Origin: Pristiophorus japonicus
Taxonomy: Eukaryota
DNA length: 64,000 bases
Direction of reading: 5' to 3'
Assembly: GCF_044704955.1 (NCBI RefSeq)
Contig: NC_091978.1
Span: forward strand, 235,538,001 to 235,602,000
Part shown: piece after piece, positions 49,655 to 58,640 of the stretch
Position numbering within the stretch: the first letter of the stretch is position 1
Layout of the letters: each line of letters starts with the position of its first letter
Made by a program: the position numbers and the translations under genes
Notes under the pieces: model-generated
Database searches by the model: none
What the model saw: only the letters and a program-made list of their open reading frames with translations
What the model was told of the DNA's origin: nothing

Positions 49655-50641
49655 TTGGCAATGTAGGATAGGATAATCAGACACCCTAGCTGAAATTTAT
49701 GTTGGATAATTCTGCCAAACAAAAATGAGAATTTGAGAGATTCTTTGTTTTGCAGCATAGCTAAAAATCCAAGCTAAATTTCAAGCACACTTGGCTGAAC
49801 TGAAGAGTCCAGATAGCTGCGCCTATGGGAATAATAGGGCACTTGCGTGATTTCCATCATGATCGAGAGACTTTTGGAGTTGTATGTGCAGTGGCTAAAA
49901 ATGTTTTTTAGCGCGAATAGTATCGTCGAAGTCCCCAATAATGAAAACCATAACCGGGTGGTTTTAGAAAGAAAACGGGCTATTTACTTGACTGAAGCAG
50001 GCCCCGAGGTGTATGAAACCCTGAAAAATTAGCCCATGGAAATTGCTGAAAATTATCGTTTTGGAATATGAGATCAATTAACTGTGGAAAGTGTCAATGA
50101 GTATTGTAGCATTAAAAAAGCTGTCCATTCACTGTCATTTTGGAAACTTTCAGGACCGAGCATTGCGTGACTGCTTTGTTTGTGGGATGAAAAATGAAGC
50201 AATCAGAAGAAAGTTGTTGACAACCCCTAACTTGAATTTTTATTTAGCTTGTCAGACAGCTATGTCAATGGATACGGTGGACCAATACTTCTGAGATTTT
50301 CGTGCCATTTTCAGTCATCAGCCAACCAAGGCGAATCGCCTGCAGGTTAAAAGCAAAAGGCAGTTGGACCCCAAATCCTCAGCCACTGGCCAAGGTAACA
50401 ATACATTGACGTCATACTATCAGTGCCTGGGACAACACATTGCTCAAAGCTGCCCATGTGTAAAAGCAGAGTGTTTCTTCTGCAAGAAAACTTGGCATCT
50501 TGCAAAGGCGTGCTGACTGAAGAGTAAACCAACTTACAAGGCTATAAGTAGAAATCGCCAGAAACTACATAGCATTGAAGAGATGCAACAGGACGAGTAT
50601 GTTCTGGAGATGCATGTCATCAGGAGCACAAGGGTACCTAA

Positions 50642-51898
50642 TAGTTTAGTTCCACTCCAGTGGGGAGCTTGTTGAGTGTGAGGTGCAGCATTGCAGCGAG
50701 GAAGATTGAGAAGAAGGTTGGCGTGATGACACAGCCCTGCTTGACCCCAGTCTGGATGTGGATTGGGTCTGTGGTAGATCCGTTGGTCAGGATCACGACT
50801 TGCATGTCGTTGTGGAGCAGGTGAAGGATGATGACAAACTTTTGGGGGTAGCTGGAACAGAGGAGGACGTTCCATAGTCCCCTGCGGTTAACAGTGTCAA
50901 AGGCCTTTGTAAGGTCAAAGAAGGCCATGTACAAGGGTTGGTGCTGGTACCTGCATTTCTCTTGCAGTTGTCGTACCATAAAGATCATGTCCGTTGTACC
51001 CCGTAGTGGACGGAATCCGCACTATGACTCTGGGAGGAGCACCTCAGACACAGGGAGAAGACGATTGAGGAGGATTCTAGCAATGACGTTTGCGTTTGCG
51101 CACATTCAGAGGCTGAACTCCAAGTCATAGTCAACATCTTTACCGAGGCGTACGAAAGCATGGGCCTTACACTAAACATCCGTAAGACAAAGGTCCTCCA
51201 CTAACCTGACCCCGCTACACGAGAGTATTCGAAGATCAGGCCCTCAAACCTGGCATTAAGCATATGGTCTACAGGGCTGTAGTGATACCTGCCCTCCTGT
51301 ATGGTTAAGAGACATGGACCATATACAGCAGATACCTCAAATCGCTAGAGAAATACCACCAATGATGTCTCTGCAAGATCTTTCAAATCCCCTGGGAGGA
51401 CAGACACACCGATGTGAATGTCCTCTGTTAGGCCAACATCCCCAGCTTCGAAGCACTGACCACACTCGACCAGCTCCATTGGGCGGGCCACATTGTTCGC
51501 ATGCCTGACACAAGACTCCCAAAGCAAGCGCTCTACTCGGAACTCATACATGGCAAGCGAGCCCCAGGTGGGTAGAGGAAACATTTCAAGGACTCCCTCA
51601 AAGCCTCCTTGATAAAATGCAACTTCCCCACTGACACCTGGGACTCCCTGGCCAAAGACCGCCTTAAGTGGAGGAAGAGCATCCGGGAGGGCGCTGAGCA
51701 CTTCGAGTCTCGTCGCCGAGAGCATGCAGAAAGCAAGCACAGACAGTGGAATGAATGTGTGGCAAACCAGACTCCCCGCCCACCCTTTCTTTCAACAACT
51801 GTAATTCCCATATTGGACTGTTCAGTTACCTAAGAACTCACTTTTAGAGTGGAAGCAATTCTTCCTCGATTTCAAGGGACTGCCTATGATATGATGAT
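50642..51898 (+). mobile_element. RTE-clade LINE with inverted 5' segment
   Basis: Minus-strand RT part at 50642-51087 (DLTKAFDTV, GVKQGC, GVELNY); plus-strand continuation CAHSEAELQ.. to a (TGA)n tail; TSD GGTACCTAA at 50633-50641 and 51899-51907. Confidence 0.93.
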
Positions 51899-53198
51899 GG
51901 TACCTAACAACAATTAACGAAGTATCGTCATCCAACCAGACGGAACCAGGATACCCAGCGAAATCGACACTGGCGCATCCGTTAGCATAGTACCGGAATC
52001 TCTATATCTCGACAAAGTGAGTGATTTTCCGATGGAGAAAGCGAAGATCGACCTGCAAGGCTACTCAGGCGAGCAAATCCCTGTGGTAGGACATATAACT
52101 GTACCGGTGAAATACAAGGATCCGTTTCAGAGCTTGCCTCTCTTTGTAGTGGCAGGAAGCAAGCCTGCGTTGACAGGGAGAAATTGATTGGGATCACTGA
52201 AGCTGGATTATAATGAGATTTTTCGTGTTGAAATGAGATTTGTATTGAAAGATAACGTCATCAAGAAGTATCTGAAGGTGTTCTGCGAAACAGGCAGTCC
52301 GATCCAAGACTTCAAGGCGAATGTCAGATTACAGAAGGACACTAGACCAGTTTACTGCAAGCCACGTTCCGTACCATATGTACACAAGGAGCAAGTTGAG
52401 CAAGAACTCAAAATATTAGAGACTGAGAACATTATCTCTAAGGTAGATCTAAGTAATTGGGCTACACCCATTGTTGTTGTACATAAGTCAGATGGTAAGG
52501 TAAGGTTTGTGTGGTGATTATAACGTAACCGTAAACCAGGTTCGAGAGGGTAATCAACCCAATATATTGCCAAATGTAGAAGATTTGTTCACAACACTGA
52601 CAGGTGGTCAGATCTTCTCAAAGTTAGATCTGACAAATGCCTATTTACAACTTGAACTAGATGAAGAGTCCAAGTCATGCTTGACTGTAAATACTCAGCT
52701 AGACATCTATCAATTTAATAGGCTACCATTTGGAGTGTCTTCCGCCCCGCTACATTCCAAGGGGTGATGAACCAGATTTTGTAAGGCATTTAAGGGGTGT
52801 ATGTTATTTAGATGACATACTCATTTCAGCACCAAACAGGAAAATCCATAATCGTGTATTGAATGAAGTGCTGAAATGGCTAGTAAAAGTACGAGTGACT
52901 TCTCGCAAGTGTGAGTTATTTCAAAACTCAGTGGAGTGCATAGGGCACAGAGTAGACAAAAATGGTTTACATCTAACCAAGGGAAAGCTGGATGCAATGC
53001 ACCCATTCCCAAGAATGTTACTGAACTTCGATCATTTTGGGGTCTTTTGAACTATTATAAGAAGTTCCGACCAAATTTGACTACAGTATTACATCCACTG
53101 AATGAACTATTGAAAAAACAGGTTTATTGGATGTGGTCAGAAGAATGCGATGCAGCATTCAAAGAGTGTAAAAGCCAGTTGATAGAGAGCACCATGTT

Positions 53199-53482
53199 GT
53201 TTTTTTAATCTTTTTTTAAAATTTTTTAAATTTTTTATCCAACTCTAACGCCAAAGATCACTTTGCGCCAATGTGTTTGATCTTAGGCCAAAAGGCCGAG
53301 AGGCGAAGTTGCACCGTTCCTGGAAATATTGCAATACCAGGTCGGTGCATGGAGTGGATGGGGCATGCCCCTGATCCAGCTCCTTGTCCAAAAATCAATT
53401 CAATATCATGTCCCCATAGGGGATATTAAACTGATAAGAACAGATACTACACTTGATCTTAGCCAAAAGGCCGAGAAGCGAT
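53199..53482 (-). mobile_element. U2-snRNA-headed retroposon (candidate SINEU-like element)
   Basis: Full U2, second U2 5' fragment, 40-nt unique segment and A-rich tail; splits the Gypsy ESTM|LVHYD sequence with an ATGTT duplication. Confidence 0.85.
53308..53482 (-). ncRNA. RNU2: U2 spliceosomal snRNA-derived sequence (retrocopy, probably non-functional)
   Basis: ATCGCTTCTCGGCCTTTTGGCTAAGATCAAGTGTAGTATCTGTTCTTATCAGTTTAATATC matches the vertebrate U2 5' end; Sm site GATTTTTGG; stem-loop IV CCTGGTATTGCA..CCAGG; about 9 nt of stem IIa/IIb missing. Confidence 0.95.
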
Positions 53483-54555
53483 GTTAGTTCACTATGACGT
53501 ATCTAAGGAGATCAAGCGAGCATATGACACCTCTCCGTATGGAGTTGGAGCAGTGATCTTTCCTGTCCTAGTTAGTAGGGAGGAGAGACCAATTGCTTTT
53601 GCTTCATGCACTCTCAGTGCCAGTGAGCATAATTATGCGCAGATCAAAAAAGAAGCTTTGGCATTCATTTTTGGGGTCAAGAAGTTCCACAAATTCTTGT
53701 ATGGTCATAAGTTTACCATTGTTACTGACCATCAACCCCTGTCAGCAATTCTCCATCCAAAGTCCCCAGTTCCAACCTTAGCCGCAGCCCGAATACAGAG
53801 ATGGGCTTTGATTTTATCAGCCTATACGTATGACATTGAGATCAGCAAATCACAGTAATGTTGATGCTATGTCCAGATTGCCATCCCCATCACTAGTTAC
53901 ACCCAATAGGAAAGCCAAATTTGTCACAGTTAATAGAAGAGAAACAATTAAGATAGAAAGAGAATCATGATAGAGGTAGAGTAAGAGAGAGAAGTGTGAA
54001 ATTGAATCAGGAGTTTAGAGTGAAGAAACATCCCCATAAATGGTTAAAGTCATTCCCAGGAAGAGTAGTGAAGATATGTGGTCCTTGCACATATTTGGTC
54101 AAGATGTCTGATCATGGAATGGTTAGGTTTGTTCACATTAATCATATTTTACCTACAGATGTGGAAGGAGTTGAAAGTTAGAATGATTCTATTATTTCTG
54201 ATACAAGCCAGTAGCAAATCCTACATCATGTGTAATAGAAACAAATCCAAGAGGAAGTCAGAATTTAAGTCTGAGTCCGAGTCAGGCAGATAAACCTGAA
54301 TTTGTAGAGAGTCAAAATGTTGCCCTTGGAGGAAAAACTCTTCTCAGGCTCAGCCTGGAATGAGTCTACGTTCATCACCAAGTTGCGAAAGTTCTGTTCG
54401 AGAGCGAAGGTATCCTCTTCGAATCAGAAAACCAGTGGTTAAGTTTGATTTGTAAATATGGCAAAATAAGTCCATATCTTTTGTTGTGTATAACCATGCA
54501 AGTTACATTTGCTGATTATTTTGTTGTGATTACTTCTTCAATGTGGAGGGAAAAG

Positions 54556-54727
54556 TGCAATATAGAGGTCCACCTAGTGGACTACTGCTCCACCTAGTGG
54601 ACTATGGTGGTAATGCAACTGCTGATGTAAATACAATAAAAGCATCATGTGACAAGGTCACCTGATAAATTCCTGTAGAGCTATCATGTGTGCAGTGTGT
54701 TTGTGATGTTGTACTGAAGAAATCAAA
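54556..54727 (+). repeat. G2 3' LTR
   Basis: Follows the PPT; repeats 49487-49654. Confidence 0.88.
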
Positions 54728-55201
54728 TGGGGTTTTTGGGGATGTTTGAGGGATGGTTAAATAATAAATTGTTATTTTGACCATCTCCTTCAGCCTCTGG
54801 TGTATGACTGTGGACTTGTGATGGAGATGTGGCATTATTGTGGCACGATGCTCGGTCATTATTAGCTACATCCTTCAGCTCCCTCCATTTAAGCAAATTG
54901 ATCCCTTATGAGCCGCCGCCGAATAGCGCTGGCACTGCCAACATTAGCACGCAACCTCCTCCGTGGCTGTTGCTGCTCCTTGTCGTCTTGCTGGACATTT
55001 GGTGCATCGCCAGGCTCCTGTTCCTCTTCCACCTCCTCCTCCCCCTCCACCTCCTCCTCCTGAGGTGGGCCTGCGATCCCTACTGGCCAAGTTGTGCAGC
55101 ATGCGCCACATCACAATGAATAGTGAGACCGGTTGAGGTGAGCATTGAAGGCTGCCTCCAGAGCAGTCCAGGCATCGGAATGGCTGCTTTAGCACACCTA
55201 T

Positions 55202-55495
55202 TGTCATGTATCTAGACATGTTACTGCCTGTACTATTACATGTGATGTGCCACCAGAGGGCACTACTATGGGAAACTTGTACACCAGCTGTATGGTCACG
55301 AAGGTGTGCCACCAGAGGGCACTGCAGTGGGAGACTTGTAGGTTATCTGTACAGGTGGGCCAGGCCTAGTATAAAAGATAGGCCACCATGTGTGATCCTC
55401 ACTCTGGAGTTATATTAAATGGACTAAGGTCACTACAGTTCAAGTGCAATATATTGCCGTGTGGAGTCATTATCAGAGCATCTAAAGGCATAACA
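55202..55495 (+). repeat. G3 5' LTR
   Basis: TGTC...AACA; internal 59-bp duplication; TATAAAA at about 55370. Confidence 0.95.
55250..55322 (+). promoter_or_regulatory. Two CTCF core consensus matches in the G3 LTR (also 58394-58407 and 58453-58466)
   Basis: CCACCAGAGGGCAC at 55250 and 55309 fits CCASYAGRKGGCRS exactly; binding not demonstrated. Confidence 0.6.
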
Positions 55496-55528
55496 AATGG
55501 CAACGAGATTACGAACTTTCACACGAAA

Positions 55529-58017
55529 GTGGCTAACCTTGGCATGTTGCAGCAATTCGCCGATGGAGATGGTTGGGACGCCTTTGTGGAGAGGCTCGAC
55601 CATTTCTTCACAGCAAACAACCTGGCAGGCGACAACCCGGCCACACTGACTGATAAGCGCAGAGCTATCCTGCTAACCATTTGTGGGGCCATCGTCTATG
55701 GCCTCATCAGGGACTTGCTGGCACCAGCGAAGACAATGACCAAGATATATGAGGAGCTTGTAACACTGATTCAAGAACAACTCAAGCCCAAAGAGAGCAT
55801 CCTCTCAGCCAGACACCGGTTTTATCACCACCGACAGCCCAAAGGCCAGGAAATCATGAAATATGCTGCAGACTTCAGGAGGCTGGCGGCACCATGTGAT
55901 TTCAGCGACCACCTCACCGAAGTGCTGCGGGATATCTTTGTCACCGGAGTCTGTCACGAGGGCCTTTTTCATAGGCTACTGTCTGCGGATACCACAGTCA
56001 CACTGCAGAAGGCCATCACCATGAGCCAGGCATTCATGACCTCGACCTGTGGCTCTAGGCGGATGACTCATCCTCAGGACTCAAACCCGGCAAGTACCAC
56101 ACACAGAATGGCGCCTTTTAGAGGCTGGATTGTAGAACGTGAATCTCCTCAGGAGAGAGAACAGGCCCCCGAGTCCTTTAACAGGGTCTGCCAAGGGGGG
56201 CTAATCAAGTAGCACCATGCTGTCGTTGTGGAGGGAATCACAGGGCTCACCATTGCTGTTTTCAGGACTATGAGTGTAAAGGCTGCAGCACAAAGGGCCA
56301 CCTCCAGCGAATGTGTAAAAGAAATATGACTCACTGTGTTGATGAAGAGTCTGCAGATGGCCATGAATCCAGCATGGATTATGAAGCGATAGCCAGAGAG
56401 GCAGCTCAGCCCCACGATGAGGTGTATGGCATATTTACCTGCACCACAGAATGTTCCCCGCTGAGGATGGAAGTCGAGAAAAACAGCGTTCCAGTCTTCA
56501 TGGAAGTGGACATGGGGGCGAGCCAGTCAGTAATGAATCAAGAAGCCTTTGAGAGGCTATGGGACAATCAAGCTGAACAACTCAAGTTGGTCCTGGTTCA
56601 GGTAAAGCTGCGCACCTGCACCAATGAACTTATCCCAGTCGTTGGTAGTGTGGATGTAAAGGTACTCCATGATGGCGCAGTGCACAAGTTACCACTGTGG
56701 ATTGTTGCAGGTAATGGACCAACGCTACTCGGTAGAAAGTGGATGAAGAAGATCCATTGGAGCTGGGAAGATTTCACCCCTCCAGCAATCGACATCCCCC
56801 GCGCTCAGAGGCAAAGCAAGCTCCCACCGGAGGTTGGATCCGGCACCAGCGAGCAGACCAGCACAGCACACGAGGCATAGACCACTCAGCACAACTGTGT
56901 GGAGATGATCCAGCTGAGACAACCCGAACGCACTTTTCAGGCTCGAGTGGCAGGACTCCGGTGGAAGAAAATCGGATCCAAATGCGACTTCCCAGCCTTG
57001 GTGGCAGAACCCAGAGAGAAGAGGATCACAGCAGTCGACATCGTGGATGGAAGAAAGATGGCGCCCAAACCACGAGGTGATGCGCTAAAGAAAAAGATGG
57101 CGGCGGCCAGACCACGAGGTGCAGCGCTAATGGAGCAACACGTGGTACCAAGCGAAGAAGAGGATTGGGGTAAAGATAGCAAGGCCCTCTCAAAAGAGAC
57201 CAGCAACCCACCACACCTAAAGGGACAGTTCCACATTCTCAATCAATGTAATAGCAACTGTGAGTCAAATGTAAAGCTTGTAATTGATGATTAGAGTATT
57301 ATATACGTAATAAGCAAAGAAAAGTCGTGCGATTCCAATCGGAGATACAGTATATCTACAATGAGTAATGAAATGTTGTGCGATGTAGTATTTCAACTGT
57401 ATTCTGATTATGCAGCGGGCAAACACCCATCGGGAGCACACAGGTCCAGTGAGCTTCCCGATGTTGTAGCCTGCATCCCTGGGACCAGAGTGATGCATCA
57501 CGGAGTGTGGCCACAAGCAACTAAAATAGACAAGCTGCAGAGCAAGCGATCTCAGGAGGGCAACGGCACCGGTATTGATACCCTGCCCCTGATCGGCTCC
57601 ACCTCTCAGGCACCCAATGGCACCAACCGCCACGAGCCTGAAAGAGCAAACCACGCTAAGGCGCAGCTCCCAGACCCTATCGCCACCAAGACTACACCTG
57701 GGAATGAAGGGTCCCCCACAACGGTCCTCCCAAATGGGACCGGGACGAGTCAGGATCCCAACCCAAAGAACGCCCAGGCAAGCAAGTCAGCAGTTCCCTG
57801 CGCACTACCAGATGACTGCCCCTCAGGGACCAGCAGCGACCCAGGTCACAAGGAAAGGATAGGGAGGTCACAGGCATCTGTGAACCTGCCCAACGCTAGG
57901 AGCAACGACAAGGGCCCCAAGAGCAGGCAACTTGAACCAACCGAGTTCCCACTGCCAGCACTGGGCACCGCGCCACCACCAGACTACGTGGACACCACCC
58001 AGCAGTTCTGGAACTAG
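55529..58017 (+). pseudogene. G3 gag-protease-X polyprotein (one frameshift, two in-frame stops)
   Basis: gag WDAFVERLDHFF..RRAILLTICG; two CCHC knuckles; protease MEVDMGAS..LLGR. ORFs at 56311, 56899 and 57361 share one frame. Confidence 0.8.
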
Positions 58018-58345
58018 CTTGTCCTCATGCCCAGGTGCTGACACCAGCACTGACTCCAAGTATGTATCAAGAATGTACCTCACCAGTCAAATGTACTTGC
58101 CTCACAACTGTACCACAAATGTATATGAATGTAACTAGCCACCGGCATAATCTATATGTGGGAGGGGGAGAGAATGGAGTGGTCATGGACTCACAAACAG
58201 AAACTACCAGCACCTCTACTGCCAACGAAACACCTCCTACTCACCCAAGATGGAAACGACCCCCAAGGGTCAACCAGACAGAGCTAAGCCCAGAGCACAG
58301 TCAATGCATGAAGGCAATTTGCACTAAGGACTTGGGGGAGAGTGA

Positions 58346-58640
58346 CGTCATATATCTAGACATGTTACTGCCTGTACTATTACATATGATATGCCACCAG
58401 AGGGCACTACTATGGGAAACTTATACACCAGCTGTATGGTCACTAAGGTGTGCCACCAGAGGGCACTGCAGTGGGAGACTTGTAGGTTACCTGTACAAGT
58501 GTGCCAGGCCTAGTATAAAAAGGCAGACCACCATGTGTGATCCTCACTCTGCAGTTACATTAAATGGACTAAGGCCACTACAGTTCAAGTGCAATACATT
58601 GCCTTGTGGAGTCATTATCAGAGCATCTAAAGACATAATA
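58346..58640 (+). repeat. G3 3' LTR
   Basis: Direct repeat of 55202-55495. Confidence 0.95.

Larger units (their letters stand above)
49487..54727 (+). mobile_element. Ty3/Gypsy LTR element G2 (integrase largely deleted; RTE and U2 retroposon nested)
   Basis: LTRs 49487-49654 and 54556-54727; imperfect TSD TGGTG/TGGGG; PPT GGAGGGAAAAG; gag (LRDCFVCG), protease (IDTGAS), RT (WATPIVVV, YLDDIL), RNase H (YGVGAV, TDHQPL). Confidence 0.92.
55202..58640 (+). mobile_element. Non-autonomous Gypsy-type LTR element G3 (gag, protease and unknown extension; no RT/RH/IN)
   Basis: LTRs 55202-55495 and 58346-58640; perfect TSD CCTAT; PBS TGGCAACGAG; PPT GGGGGAGAG. Confidence 0.95.

Noticed and set aside
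53308-53482. Functional U2 snRNA gene
   Set aside because: Nucleotide 1 abuts Gypsy RNase H coding sequence with no upstream snRNA promoter context; stem IIa is partly deleted; the A-rich tail and TSD indicate retroposition.
57361-58017. env gene in G3
   Set aside because: No signal peptide, transmembrane segment or env-like hydrophobic pattern; the sequence is hydrophilic and in frame with gag-PR.
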